Of a stretch of 64,000 nt of DNA, positions 26,534 through 36,494 are shown one piece after another. Source of the DNA: Gammaproteobacteria bacterium (GTDB lineage: Bacteria; Pseudomonadota; Gammaproteobacteria; UBA5335; SLRW01); assembly GCA_035638775.1 (NCBI GenBank), contig DASQZJ010000023.1, forward strand, positions 10,827 through 74,826, given 5' to 3'. Position 1 is the stretch's first letter. Each line of letters begins with the position of its first letter. Under the pieces are notes generated by a model. That model worked only from the letters and a program-made list of their open reading frames with translations. It was not told the DNA's origin and made no database searches. The translations under genes and the position numbers were made by a program.

Positions 26534-26915
26534 CAGAGTTCCCCCCTCCGGTTCGCGGCGCGGCGTTCCGCGCCCGGTGCCCGGATGTTGACGAGGACAG
26601 TACCGTAACCGTGCCGACCGGATGTCTCAACGGCGAGGTGATCATCGCTGCCCGGGTCATCCCCGGGCGCTTCACCCCGCGGACCGGGACCCGTCCCGGG
26701 CACCGGCTGAGCGTGCGCCGGACAGGCGCCCCCGGCACGGCGCCCGGTGTTGCAGCGGGGGCGGGGGCGTTGCAGCGGCGCAACAGCTCGCCGGGACCGG
26801 GCGCGATTTCGGGGGGCCGCTACGGGCCCCGGCCGGACGGTACGATTCTTGCTCGGCTGCTGGTGGGGGCGTGGCCGGGCCGCGCCCGGCGGCAAAACCA
26901 CGAGGGAGACATCCG

Positions 26916-27308
26916 ATGGCCGAGCAGACCACCTACGGCTACCTGATCGACATGGTCGAATACCGCTACTTCCGGGCGGTCGACGAGAAGAACATGGACG
27001 AGGTGCTGGACTGCTTCAACGACGACGCGGTCTTCACCATCCAGACGTCGCAGACTGTCCACAACGGCCGGGAGGGTATCCGCACGATGTTCGAGAACCT
27101 GTTCTCGAACTTCGAGATGACCACCCACAAGCACTTCCACCACGTCGCCGATCCCGAGAACGACCGCATTGCCTCGCAGTTCGTGGTCGACTTCGTCGAT
27201 CCGGAAGGCAAGCGGTTCTCCTACACCAACTGCAACTTCTGGTACCTGGAGAACGGGAAGTTCCAGCGCGTATCCGTCTACATGAGCGACGAGAACGTCC
27301 TGGTCTGA
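26916..27308 (+). CDS. SnoaL/NTF2-like fold protein (130 aa)
   Basis: ORF 26622..27308 trimmed to ATG 26916 (GAGGGAGAC RBS). ..YFRAVDEKNMDEVLDCFNDDAVF.. ..NCNFWYLENGKFQRVSVYMS.. is the NTF2-like pattern. Confidence 0.7.
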   Translation: MAEQTTYGYLIDMVEYRYFRAVDEKNMDEVLDCFNDDAVFTIQTSQTVHNGREGIRTMFENLFSNFEMTTHKHFHHVADPENDRIASQFVVDFVDPEGKRFSYTNCNFWYLENGKFQRVSVYMSDENVLV

Positions 27309-27362
27309 AGCCGGCGGGCGCGGTCCCGGCGGGTCGCGCGGACCGGGCGGAGGGCGAGTGCG

Positions 27363-28775
27363 ATGGCGGGCAGGACCCTGTATGACAAGCTCTGGGACGC
27401 CCACGTGGTGGACGTTGCCCCGGACGGTACCACGCTGCTTTACATCGACCGGCACTTCCTGCACGAGGTCAGCTCGCCGCAGGCCTTCGAGGCGATCGCC
27501 CTGGCAGGGCGGACGGCCGCGCACCCGGAGGCTTCCATCGCCGTCGCCGACCATAACGTCCCGACACGGGATCGCGGCCACGTGGCCGATCCGATCTCGC
27601 GGCGCCAGATCGAGGCCCTGGACGAGAATTGCCGGCGCTGGGGCATCCTGGAGTTCGGGCTGGCCGACCGGCGACAGGGGATCGTGCACGTCGTGGGGCC
27701 CGAGCAGGGCCTGACCCTGCCCGGCATGACCATCGTCTGCGGCGACTCGCACACTTCCACCCACGGCGCCCTGGGGACGCTGGCTTTCGGCATCGGCACC
27801 TCCGAGATCGAGCATGTCCTGGCGACCCAGTGCCTGCGCACGCACCGCAGCCGTCGCCTGCTGGTGCAATTCGAGGGCAGCCCGCGTCGCGGCGTGTATC
27901 CCAAGGACCTGGTCCTGGCCATGATCGGGTACATCGGTACCGCCGGTGCGACCGGTCACGCTATCGAGTACGCCGGCCCCGCGATCGAGGGGATGAGCCC
28001 GGAAGGGCGCATGACGGTCTGCAACATGAGTATCGAGGCGGGCGCCCGCTGCGGCCTGGTGGGGGTCGATCAGCACACGATCGACTACCTGCGCGGGCGG
28101 CCGTTCACGCCCAAGGGTGAGCTGTGGGACCGGGCGGTGCGCCAATGGCGGGACCTGCGGAGCGACCCGGACGCCGCGTTCGATCGCCGGGTGAGCCTCG
28201 ATGCCGCGGCGATCCGGCCGCAGGTGACCTGGGGAACCAGCCCGGGCATGGTGGCGTCCGTGGACCAACGGATCCCGGACCCGGAGGACGAGCCCGACCC
28301 GGTCCGGCGGCAGGGCATGTACCAGGCGCTGACCTACATGGACCTGCGGCCCGGGCAGGCGCTGGCCGATATCCCCCTGGACCGGATCTTCATCGGCTCG
28401 TGCACCAATGCACGCATCGAGGATCTGCGCGCCGCCGCGGCGGTGGTGCAAGGCCGGCGTCTGGCGGCGGGCATCCGCCAGGCCCTGGTGGTCCCGGGCA
28501 GCGGCCTGGTGCGGCGCCAGGCCGAGTCGGAAGGGCTCGACGGCGTATTCCGCGAGGCCGGGTTCGAGTGGCGCGAGCCGGGCTGCTCGATGTGCCTCGG
28601 AATGAACGAGGACCGGCTCGACCCGGGCGAGCGCTGCGCGTCCACCTCCAACCGGAACTTCGAGGGACGCCAGGGCCCGGGCGGACGCACGCACCTTGCC
28701 AGCCCCGCCATGGTGGCCGCGGCCGCAATCCACGGGCATTTCGTCGACATCTCGAGCGCGGGGCCGACGGCATGA
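27363..28775 (+). CDS. leuC: 3-isopropylmalate dehydratase large subunit-type aconitase-family dehydratase. No small-subunit gene is adjacent.
   Basis: 470-aa ORF collinear with remembered E. coli LeuC ([95 protein letters not shown]). Confidence 0.85.
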   Translation: MAGRTLYDKLWDAHVVDVAPDGTTLLYIDRHFLHEVSSPQAFEAIALAGRTAAHPEASIAVADHNVPTRDRGHVADPISRRQIEALDENCRRWGILEFGLADRRQGIVHVVGPEQGLTLPGMTIVCGDSHTSTHGALGTLAFGIGTSEIEHVLATQCLRTHRSRRLLVQFEGSPRRGVYPKDLVLAMIGYIGTAGATGHAIEYAGPAIEGMSPEGRMTVCNMSIEAGARCGLVGVDQHTIDYLRGRPFTPKGELWDRAVRQWRDLRSDPDAAFDRRVSLDAAAIRPQVTWGTSPGMVASVDQRIPDPEDEPDPVRRQGMYQALTYMDLRPGQALADIPLDRIFIGSCTNARIEDLRAAAAVVQGRRLAAGIRQALVVPGSGLVRRQAESEGLDGVFREAGFEWREPGCSMCLGMNEDRLDPGERCASTSNRNFEGRQGPGGRTHLASPAMVAAAAIHGHFVDISSAGPTA

Positions 28776-29188
28776 GCGCGTCCACCCTGGACCGGGTGCA
28801 TCACATTTCCTTCGTGGTGCGTGACCTGGACCGTGGCGTCGCGCAGCTGCGGCGGCTGCTGGATGTTCCGGAGCCCGAGCGCGGACCGGTTCCCGGGCGC
28901 GGCGCCGAGGTCGCGGTGTTCCGCCTGCGCAACCTGAACATCGAGCTGGTGGCACCGGTGACCCCCGACAGCGGCCTGTGGCGTCGCCTGGAGGCGCATG
29001 GCGAGGGCTTCTTTCACCTGGCCTTCGGCGTCGACGACGTGGACGCGGCCTGCCGCGACCTCGCGCGGCGCGGCCTGCGCATGCAGGGCCGGCCCTACGT
29101 CGCCTTCCGTGACTGGCGCATCGCCTACATCGACCCGGAAGACGCCGGCTGGCTGTCGCTGCACGTGATCGACGCCGACGCGGACTGA
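28772..29188 (+). CDS. VOC-superfamily (glyoxalase / methylmalonyl-CoA epimerase-like) protein
   Basis: ORF 28124..29188 trimmed to ATG 28772, in ATGA overlap with the leuC-like stop. 138 aa. ..[12 protein letters not shown].. ..IELVAP.. ..[17 protein letters not shown].. are the paired beta-alpha-beta-beta-beta motif residues. Confidence 0.75.
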   Translation: MSASTLDRVHHISFVVRDLDRGVAQLRRLLDVPEPERGPVPGRGAEVAVFRLRNLNIELVAPVTPDSGLWRRLEAHGEGFFHLAFGVDDVDAACRDLARRGLRMQGRPYVAFRDWRIAYIDPEDAGWLSLHVIDADAD

Positions 29189-29246
29189 AGCGTCCCGGGG
29201 CCGGGCGGATGACCGGCCCCGGGACGGCTTGCGCGTGGCCGGGGAA

Positions 29247-31331
29247 TCACCCCGCGGCAGGCTCCCATTGCTCCAGCGCGCCCGCCTCGATGTAGCGCGT
29301 GGACGGATCGAACAGCTCCCGGCCCGCCAGCATGCCCTCGTAGATCGCGTGCTCGATCTGCCGCGGCGCATGGCAGTCCCCGATGCGGTGCACGCTGATC
29401 CCGCGGTCCTTGAGCGCGAAGTACAGGTTGGCCTCGGCGCGGTGGCCGGTCGCCAGGACGACGCTGTCGAACTCGCCCAGGCTGTGCTCCCGTCCGGAAA
29501 ACAGGTTGTAGGCGATCACCTCCCGACCGCGGATCTCCTTCGCCCAGTGGTTGACGGTGTACTCGAGCCCGGCTTCGAACAGCCGCTGGAATACGATGGG
29601 CTGGTCCAGCGTCTGAACGATGTTCGGTGCGAGGCCGTTGAAGCGGGTCAGGACGTGGACCCGGCAGCCGGCCTGCTGCAGTTTCTCCGCCGTTCCCAGG
29701 ACATAGCGGGTGCCGTCGTCATCGAGGATCAGGCTTCGGCCGCCGGCGCGGTCGGGGTCCTCCAGCACCTCGGGCACGGTAAGCACATGCTCGCCCCGTA
29801 CGCCGGGCAGTTCCGCCACCATCGGGTTCACGGCGCTGAAGCCGGTGCGCAGGGGACTGGAGCCGGTGGCGACGATCACGCCGTCCGGCTGCAGTGCCAG
29901 GACGCTGTCGGCGTCCGCTTCCTCGCCCAGCCGGATGTTCACCCCGTGGCGCCGCATCTGGACCTCCAGGTCGCGGGCGATCCAGGCGAAGCTGCCGCGC
30001 GCGGGCTGCTGCACGACGCTGTTGACCTGGCCCCCGAGTCGCTGCTCGCGCTCGAGCAGGGTCACGCGGTGGCCGCGGGCCGCCAGGGTTTCCGCCGCCT
30101 TCATGCCGGCCGGTCCGCCACCGACCACGACCCAGTGGCCGGGGTTCGCCGCCGGCTCGAGCGTGTCCGGGCCAAACCGCTCCTCGCGGCCGGTCGCCGG
30201 ATTCAGGATGCAGGTGATGGGCCGGGCCTGGAACAGCCGCCCGATGCAGCCCTGGTTGCAGCGGATGCAGTGGTAGACCTCGTCCTCGCGGCCCTCGCGC
30301 ACCTTGTTCGCGTAGGCCGGGTCGGCGATCTGTTCACGCGTCATGGCGATCATGTCGGCCATGCCGCGGGCGAGGGCGTCCTCGGCCATCGCCGGATCCT
30401 TGATCCCGCCCACGGCGAACACGGGCACGTCGACGGCGCCGCGGATCTTCGACACCCGCTCCAGCAGCCACCCCTCCGGGACGTCGTTGGTGGGGATGCC
30501 GTAGCCGATGTTGTGGTAGGTGGCGGCGGTGGTGTTGACGTAGTCGATCAGGCCGGTTTCGGCGACCGTGGTCGCGATCCGTACCGCGGTGTCGACCTCG
30601 TAGCCGCCGGGCGCCATCTCCACCAGCGGCATGCGGATGCCAACGACGAAGTCGCGGCCCACGCGTTCGCGCACGCGCCGGATCACCTCCAGCGGGTAGC
30701 GCATGCGATTCTCGAAGCTGCCGCCGTACTCGTCCGTACGCTTGTTGAACAGCTCGGAGATGAACTGGTGCAGCAGGTAGCTGTGCGCCAGGTGCACCTC
30801 CACGCCGTCGAAGCCGGCCTCGCGGGAGTATGCGGCGCACAGGGCCCAGTATTCGGCGATCTCGTCCATGTCCTCGGGCTCCATCGGCTTGGGCGTCTCG
30901 CCGAAAGCCGGGGACTTGACGTCGGCGGAGGACCACAGCACGCGGAAATCGTCCATCGCGCTGCTGCTGCCGTTGACGCCGAAGTGGTTCTGCTGGGCGA
31001 TGATGCGTGCGCCGTGCTCGTGCACGGCGTCCGTCATGGCACGCTCCCGCTCGACGATCTCCCGACGATAGCCCCAGGAGAAGCCGCGCGAGCCCGTGTT
31101 GGACGTGGGATGGATCAGCCGGTTCCCGGTGATGATCAGGCCGATGCCGCCGCGCGCCCGCTCGCGCTGGTAGAAGACGTCCCGGCGGTTGGTCAGTCCG
31201 TCACGCATGTGAAAGACCTTCGCGTGCGCGGTCTGCATGATCCGGTTGCGGACGGTGATGTTGCCGATCTTCAGGCTCGAGTAAAGCCGCGGGTATCTCT
31301 GCTCCCCGGGCTGTTTCTGTCGTTCGTTCAT
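29247..31331 (-). CDS. Old-Yellow-Enzyme (FMN, 4Fe-4S) plus FAD/NAD(P)-binding two-domain reductase, 2,4-dienoyl-CoA reductase (FadH)-like, paralog 1
   Basis: ORF 29247..31562 trimmed to ATG 31331 (MNERQK, GAGGAGA RBS). ..GFDGVEVHLAHSYLLHQF.. .. CIRCNQGCIGR .. VVVGGGPAGMKAAE ... Preceded by its own -24/-12 promoter. Confidence 0.85.
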   Translation of the reverse strand: MNERQKQPGEQRYPRLYSSLKIGNITVRNRIMQTAHAKVFHMRDGLTNRRDVFYQRERARGGIGLIITGNRLIHPTSNTGSRGFSWGYRREIVERERAMTDAVHEHGARIIAQQNHFGVNGSSSAMDDFRVLWSSADVKSPAFGETPKPMEPEDMDEIAEYWALCAAYSREAGFDGVEVHLAHSYLLHQFISELFNKRTDEYGGSFENRMRYPLEVIRRVRERVGRDFVVGIRMPLVEMAPGGYEVDTAVRIATTVAETGLIDYVNTTAATYHNIGYGIPTNDVPEGWLLERVSKIRGAVDVPVFAVGGIKDPAMAEDALARGMADMIAMTREQIADPAYANKVREGREDEVYHCIRCNQGCIGRLFQARPITCILNPATGREERFGPDTLEPAANPGHWVVVGGGPAGMKAAETLAARGHRVTLLEREQRLGGQVNSVVQQPARGSFAWIARDLEVQMRRHGVNIRLGEEADADSVLALQPDGVIVATGSSPLRTGFSAVNPMVAELPGVRGEHVLTVPEVLEDPDRAGGRSLILDDDGTRYVLGTAEKLQQAGCRVHVLTRFNGLAPNIVQTLDQPIVFQRLFEAGLEYTVNHWAKEIRGREVIAYNLFSGREHSLGEFDSVVLATGHRAEANLYFALKDRGISVHRIGDCHAPRQIEHAIYEGMLAGRELFDPSTRYIEAGALEQWEPAAG

Positions 31332-31391
31332 TGCGTGTCTCCTCGCGCTTCTCCGGCGCCGCGTTCCGGTCTCTCCCGGCACTACCGGAAA

Positions 31392-31407
31392 GCAACATCC
31401 GTACCAG
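31392..31407 (-). promoter_or_regulatory. Sigma-54 (-24/-12) promoter for the FadH-like gene
   Basis: The minus strand reads CTGGTACGGATGTTGCTT. This is one mismatch from TGGCAC-N5-TTGC with correct spacing. The -12 element lies 61 nt upstream of ATG 31331. Confidence 0.6.
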
Positions 31408-31662
31408 CGGCCTCCGCCGCGCGGCGTGCCCGGTCGGGGCGTCCCTGCTGATGCAGGGAAGAAACGGCTGTTGCGCTGCCGGGGCGACCCGAGGGCAACG
31501 ATGCCCCGCCGGGCGACGGGCTGACGCGATGGTCCGGAACTTGCTTGTGCCCCGATGTCCACCCGGCGATCGCGCTGCCGCGACGGATGCGGGGATCGAG
31601 GGGTGAACGGGAGCTCGCAGCTCGCCGGGCCGGTGCCGTCGTTCGCGGTGGACGGAAGGACG

Positions 31663-31686
31663 GGGGGCGGGCCCGTGCCCGCCCCC
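31663..31686 (-). terminator. GC-rich hairpin downstream of the activator gene (putative terminator or insulator)
   Basis: GGGGGCGGGC-ccgt-GCCCGCCCCC, a perfect 10-bp stem 27 nt after the stop at 31713. No U-tract. Confidence 0.35.
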
Positions 31687-31712
31687 TTACCGACCGGCGT
31701 GTCGGAGGCGCG

Positions 31713-33722
31713 TCAGGAGTCGCCGGGCCGCGTCCCTTCGAAGGCCGGCGCGCCGTGCTGGCCCCGGTGCCGGCGCAGCTTGCGCCACAGCGTGGTCCGG
31801 CTCAGCTTGAGGCGGCGGGCGGCCTCGCTGATGTTGCCGTTGCACTGGGCCACCATGTCGACGATGCGGCTGTACTCGTTCTGCTCCACGAAGGCCTTGA
31901 GCGAATCCGGATGGTCCGCCTCGCGCCCCGGCTCCGCCGGCGTGGCGAAGAATTCCGGCACCATGGCGCGCAACTGGGCCTCGGTGTCGCGGAGCATCTC
32001 GTCGCCGTGCGCGTACATGACGGCGAGCCGCTCGATGACGTTCTCCATCTCGCGCACGTTGCCCGGCCAGCCGTACCGGCGCAGGAACGGCGCGATGCGC
32101 TCGATCAGCGGCCCGGCGTCCCGGGTCGAGCCCAGTCCCGCCAGGGTGACCGCGAGATGGCGGCGGGCCAGGTCGAGCACGTCCTCGCCCCGCTCGCTCA
32201 GCGCGGGGAGATGGATGCGCAGGATGTTGAGCCGGTAGTACAGGTCCGAGCGCAGTGCGCCCGACTCCATGGACTCCCTCAGGTCCCGGTTGGTGGCGGC
32301 GATCACGCGGACATCGATGGGAATGGGGTCTCCCCGGCCCAGCGGCACCACCTCCTTCTCCTGCAGAACCCGCAGCAGCCGGGTCTGCAGCGCGACGGGC
32401 ATCTCCGCGATCTCGTCCAGGAAGATGGTACCGGTGTGCGCCAGCTCGAACAGGCCGGACTGCCCGCCCCTGCGCGAGCCGGTGAAGGCGCCTTCCTCGT
32501 AGCCGAAAAGCTCGCTCTCCAGCAGGCTGTCGGGAATCGCTGCACAGTTGACGGCGACGAAAGGCGCGTCCCGGCGACTGCTCGCGTTGTGAATGCCCTG
32601 GGCGAAGATCTCCTTGCCGGTCCCGGTCTCCCCGGTGATCAGGACCGTGGCATTGGTGTCCGCATACCGGGCGCACAGCGCCGTGACCTGGCGCATCGCG
32701 GGTGAGGCGCCGATGATGTCGTCGAGGCTGTAGCGCGCGCTGAGGTTGCGCCGGCGGTTGCGGGACCGGATGTTGCGATCGACCCGCTCGATCATGCTGG
32801 TGTCCTGGACCGTGAGCACGGCGCCGCAGACCAGATCGTTGTCCTTGATCGGGATGCGGTTGGTCACCAGCGTGCGGCTGCCGAAGCGCTCGATCTTCTC
32901 CAGTGACGCCTGTCCCTGCCGGATCGTCCCGGCGAGCCCGAGGCTGGGCGCCAGCTCGCTCAGGCGGCGGCCCTCGAGGGCATCGGTGGACAGCCCCGTG
33001 AGGCTCTCCATGGCCGGATTCACGAGCTGCACCCGCTCCTCGTCGTCGACCGCGAGCACGCCCTCGCTGAGATGGCGCAGGATGATGTTGACGCGCTCCG
33101 CACGCCGCTCCTCCGCGGCACGGATGTGGGCGATGTCGATGGCATCGTCGATTGCCTGGCGCACGGAATTGGGCGAGTAGGCGAGAATGCCGATCAGGCC
33201 CTGCCGCTCCGCCAGCTCGGTCACCAGGCTCGAGCCGACGATCACCTTGTAGCCGCGTGAGGCGAGCTCCCGGAAGGCCTCCCGGGCATCGTCGATGGTG
33301 GTGTACGAACGCTGCTCGATGTCCAGGTTGAGCAGCTGCTTGATCTCGTCCAGCTCGCTGTTGGTCTGGCGGAAGGTGACCACCGCGATCTGGTCGGACA
33401 GGCGCCGTGCCTTGATCAGCGCACGCATCAGGTCGACGCCGGTTACCGGGACCCGGACCACCGGCACGGTGAACGTGTCCTTCAGGTAGGTGCCGTTGGC
33501 GCCGGCGCTCAGGAAGACGTCGACCTCGCCGCGCTCGACCAGCTCCCGGGCGATGTCGACCGCGTCGTCGAACACCTTGTCCAGTACCGTGATCTGCGCG
33601 CGCCCGGCATAGTCCGGCATCAGGCTGTGCACCAGCCTGCTCAGCCCCTTGTAGCTGATCGCCGTGATCCGGGGCGGCCGGGTGACCGGCTCCCGTGCGG
33701 CCAGCATCCCCGCCTGGCTCAT
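31713..33722 (-). CDS. PrpR-family sigma-54-dependent transcriptional activator (PrpR_N sensor, PAS, AAA+, Fis-type HTH)
   Basis: ORF 31713..33872 trimmed to ATG 33722 (MSQAGML). The N-terminus is PrpR_N-like (..AISYKGLSRLV..VFLSAGANGTYL..VVRVPVTGVDLMRAL..). Walker A GETGTGKE. ESELFGYEEGAFTGSRRGG (GAFTGS as in E. coli PrpR). C-terminal ..NISEAARRLKLSRTTLWRKL. Confidence 0.85.
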   Translation of the reverse strand: MSQAGMLAAREPVTRPPRITAISYKGLSRLVHSLMPDYAGRAQITVLDKVFDDAVDIARELVERGEVDVFLSAGANGTYLKDTFTVPVVRVPVTGVDLMRALIKARRLSDQIAVVTFRQTNSELDEIKQLLNLDIEQRSYTTIDDAREAFRELASRGYKVIVGSSLVTELAERQGLIGILAYSPNSVRQAIDDAIDIAHIRAAEERRAERVNIILRHLSEGVLAVDDEERVQLVNPAMESLTGLSTDALEGRRLSELAPSLGLAGTIRQGQASLEKIERFGSRTLVTNRIPIKDNDLVCGAVLTVQDTSMIERVDRNIRSRNRRRNLSARYSLDDIIGASPAMRQVTALCARYADTNATVLITGETGTGKEIFAQGIHNASSRRDAPFVAVNCAAIPDSLLESELFGYEEGAFTGSRRGGQSGLFELAHTGTIFLDEIAEMPVALQTRLLRVLQEKEVVPLGRGDPIPIDVRVIAATNRDLRESMESGALRSDLYYRLNILRIHLPALSERGEDVLDLARRHLAVTLAGLGSTRDAGPLIERIAPFLRRYGWPGNVREMENVIERLAVMYAHGDEMLRDTEAQLRAMVPEFFATPAEPGREADHPDSLKAFVEQNEYSRIVDMVAQCNGNISEAARRLKLSRTTLWRKLRRHRGQHGAPAFEGTRPGDS

Positions 33723-34093
33723 GATCGTCGCTTCCCCCTGCGATGCGCCCGGGGCACCCGATCGGATCCGGTGCGTGACCGGCTCCGTCGTCGGGCGGTC
33801 GCCGCCGGCTCGAACCTGGCCCGGACGGCTCGCGTCCCCGGGGGTTTCCTTCTTGTGTCGTGCAAGGCCCATGCCTGCCAGCTCCCTGTTGGGCTAAACC
33901 CTTGTGCGTACGGGGCGTGAGCGGCGGGAGCCCCGATGGAACCGGCATGGACGGGTATCGTTATTCTGTAACAGGTATGTAGCACATGAGAAACAGCACG
34001 GCCAGTGCCGCCATGCCGACCGGCCCTCCCGGCGGCTCTCCGCCCGGGCAAAACACGCGCCCGATAAAGGACTTAATCGGTGATGTGCGATCT

Positions 34094-34109
34094 TGGCACG
34101 GGGGTTGCT
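34094..34109 (+). promoter_or_regulatory. Canonical sigma-54 (-24/-12) promoter
   Basis: TTGGCACGGGGGTTGCTT is an exact TGGCACG-N4-TTGCT. It is divergent from the activator gene and lies about 335 nt upstream of the DUF1329 ATG. Confidence 0.7.
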
Positions 34110-34441
34110 TCTCCTCCCGCGGGAAACGGCGGACGCCCGATACGGCCAGTGCGAGAACGGTCACCGTGATCGGCACCTGGCGCAATGAGCGACACCGGCG
34201 GGACAGCGGCGCCGCTGCACGAGGGATCCCGCCGGACAACAACGGCAAGGCAGCGAGGGCCCGTCAGCACGTCCGGATTCCCGACTCGAGCGGCTTGCCG
34301 GGTTCCGGTCCGACCGGGCGCGCGGCGGGAAGGTCCGGTCGGGAACAGGACCACGGGCGTGCGGGCTGGCGGCTGCGGCGGCGGGCGGGAGCCGGATGGC
34401 CGAGGCAGCCCGCCGGCGCACCGTAACCGAGGAGGACTGAA

Positions 34442-35722
34442 ATGTTCGCTTTGAAGAAGATCTGCATGTACGCGGCGCTGGGGGTGGGCGTGGCATCACT
34501 GATGTCCGTGGCCTCGGCCAGGGAGCTTGCGGCCGGCACGGTGATCAACGCGTCGAACTTCGACCAGCTCAAGAACGACACCTTCGAGCAACACACCATC
34601 GCCAGCATGGTCCCGAGTCGGCTCGAGTGGCTGATCAAGAAGCACGGCCTGACGATCCGCCTGGCGCATTCCAAGCCGATCCACATGGATCCGGGATACA
34701 TCAAGCGTACGAAGGAGCACGCCGGCGAGGCGAAGATCAACCCGAAGACTCACGAGATGGAGAACTGGAGCGGCAGCGGCGCGCCCTTCCCGTACGACGA
34801 CATCTCGGCGAAGGACCCGCTCGCGGGCTGGAAGCTGATCTGGGACTTCTACGTCGAGCAGGTGGACGGCGACTACACGCATTTCCCGCGGTTTGCCTAC
34901 CTGCTGATCGACGGCAACAAGGGCATCGAGCGCACGCAGGTGTGGAGCTGGTACCGGGTCAAGATGGTCGGGCTGATCAGCGAGGACCACAAGCCGGTCC
35001 AGGGCGACGGCTCGATCCTGAACAAGACCCAGATCAGTGCCGTCTACCCGCAGGACATCCGCGGGCTGGGCACGCTGACCATCCGCTACATGGCGGACAA
35101 GGTGGACAACACCTGGGCGTACCTGCCGGCGGTCCGGCGCGTGCGGCGCCTGTCCGGCGGCGCCTGGATGGACCCGATCGGCGGCACCGACCAGTTGCAG
35201 GACGACATCAACATCTGGAACGCGCGCCCCAACTGGTACCCGCACATCAAGGTGCTGCGCAAGCAGTGGATGCTGGTGACCGCTCACTCCAAGTGGTCGT
35301 GGAACGAGAAGGGCGGTACCGACGCGCAGAAGTACCCCGAGGTCGATCTGCAGCACAAGCCGTACTGGAATCCCAAGACCGGCTGGGAGCCGCGCCAGGT
35401 CTACGTGGTCGAGGCCGATGCGCCGGACATCCACCCGTACTCCAAGAAGATCATGTACGTGGACGCCAAGTTCCCCTGGATCTGGCAGGGCGAGGCCTAC
35501 GACAAGAAGGGCAAGTTCTGGAAGTACATGTTCTGGCTGGCAATGGAGCACACCTGCCGCGGCAACGGCACCAAGGTGATCTGGCCGGCCCAGGGCGAGG
35601 TGCTGGACTACCAGCGCATGCACGGGACGGTGTTCGTCTCCAACAACAACTGGACCTGCAACCCGAAGGGGCTCAAGCCGAGCGACGTCTCGCTGGGCAG
35701 CCTGATGGCGGCCGGCAGGTAA
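34442..35722 (+). CDS. DUF1329-family periplasmic/outer-membrane-associated protein (LolA-like fold family)
   Basis: 426-aa ORF with a GAGGAGG RBS and signal peptide MFALKKICMYAALGVGVASLMSVASA. ..GAPFP.. ..WYRVK.. ..NTWAYLPAVRRVRRLS..DP..GTD...DD.. ..Y.K..MYVD is the DUF1329 pattern as I recall it. Confidence 0.85.
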   Translation: MFALKKICMYAALGVGVASLMSVASARELAAGTVINASNFDQLKNDTFEQHTIASMVPSRLEWLIKKHGLTIRLAHSKPIHMDPGYIKRTKEHAGEAKINPKTHEMENWSGSGAPFPYDDISAKDPLAGWKLIWDFYVEQVDGDYTHFPRFAYLLIDGNKGIERTQVWSWYRVKMVGLISEDHKPVQGDGSILNKTQISAVYPQDIRGLGTLTIRYMADKVDNTWAYLPAVRRVRRLSGGAWMDPIGGTDQLQDDINIWNARPNWYPHIKVLRKQWMLVTAHSKWSWNEKGGTDAQKYPEVDLQHKPYWNPKTGWEPRQVYVVEADAPDIHPYSKKIMYVDAKFPWIWQGEAYDKKGKFWKYMFWLAMEHTCRGNGTKVIWPAQGEVLDYQRMHGTVFVSNNNWTCNPKGLKPSDVSLGSLMAAGR

Positions 35723-35730
35723 CGGCCGCG

Positions 35731-35758
35731 CTCCCGGCCGGCTCCGGCCGGCCGGGAG
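35731..35758 (+). terminator. Intra-operon GC-rich hairpin after the DUF1329 gene (possible attenuator or partial terminator)
   Basis: CTCCCGGCCGG-ctccgg-CCGGCCGGGAG, a perfect 11-bp stem 9 nt after the stop. No U-tract. Confidence 0.4.
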
Positions 35759-35798
35759 CCCCGACCGTGGGCAAGACAAGACGACCGGAGGGACGACC

Positions 35799-36440
35799 AT
35801 GGATCTGACGCCCGGCGGTAGCGCCCTGCTGATCATCGACATGCAGAACGGCTTCCTGCATCCGCAGGGGTCCTGCGCGAGCATCGGGCTGCCCTGCGAC
35901 GCGCTGCGTGCGGCCGTGCCAGGCTGCCGGCAGCTGCTGGAGGCGGCCCGGCGCGAGCGCATGCCGGTGATCTTTACGCGTTACATGTACCGGCCCGACT
36001 ACAGCGACGGCGGGGTGGTGATCCGGGAGTTCTTCCCGGACCTGGCGACCTCGGGGGCGCTGCGTGCCGGCAGCTGGGATGCCGAGGTGGTCGACGAGCT
36101 CGCGCCCCGCGAGGGCGAGCTGGTGGTGGACAAGAACCGTCCCAGCGCGTTCTACGGCACACCGCTGGAGAGCTACCTGAACGGCCTGCATGCCGACAGC
36201 CTGATCGTGTGCGGCGTGACCACCAACGTGTGCGTCGAGACCACGGTGCGGGACGCGATGCAGCGGGACCTGAAGGTCTGGGTGGTGGGCGAGGCGACCG
36301 CGGAGTTCGACCGTGACCGGCACGAGGCGGCGCTCCACTCGATGGGCTGGATGTTCGGCCAGGTCGTGCGGCTCGATGCCGTGCTGAAGGAAATCCCGCG
36401 CCTGGCCGGGGAGCGCGAGCCGGCCGCGGCGGGCTCCTGA
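35799..36440 (+). CDS. Isochorismatase-family cysteine hydrolase
   Basis: 213-aa ORF. ..ALLIIDMQNGF.. ..K.R.SAFYGT.L...L.. ..LIVCGVTTNVCVETTVRDA.. carries the Asp-Lys-Cys triad pattern. Confidence 0.85.
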   Translation: MDLTPGGSALLIIDMQNGFLHPQGSCASIGLPCDALRAAVPGCRQLLEAARRERMPVIFTRYMYRPDYSDGGVVIREFFPDLATSGALRAGSWDAEVVDELAPREGELVVDKNRPSAFYGTPLESYLNGLHADSLIVCGVTTNVCVETTVRDAMQRDLKVWVVGEATAEFDRDRHEAALHSMGWMFGQVVRLDAVLKEIPRLAGEREPAAAGS

Positions 36441-36494
36441 AGGCGGCATCCGGCGATAGTGACACGCGGCCCGGGCGGCCGGCGGAGGTGAGCG

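Noticed and set aside
31530-31545. Plus-strand TGGTCCGGAACTTGCT, a sigma-54-like element pointing antisense into the 3' end of the activator gene.
   Set aside because: The -24 box deviates (TCC instead of CAC), there is no downstream ORF on that strand, and the orientation is antisense. It could make an antisense RNA, but the sequence alone does not support that claim.
33964-33972. A shared CTGTAAC motif about 130-150 bp upstream of the canonical sigma-54 promoters (33966 and 50165), and GAAAC(A/G)GC-like half-sites reminiscent of the Salmonella PrpR site. Considered as candidate enhancer sites.
   Set aside because: The motifs are short, do not form consistent inverted repeats, and sit at inconsistent distances from the promoters. 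They cannot be distinguished from chance without a genome-wide background.
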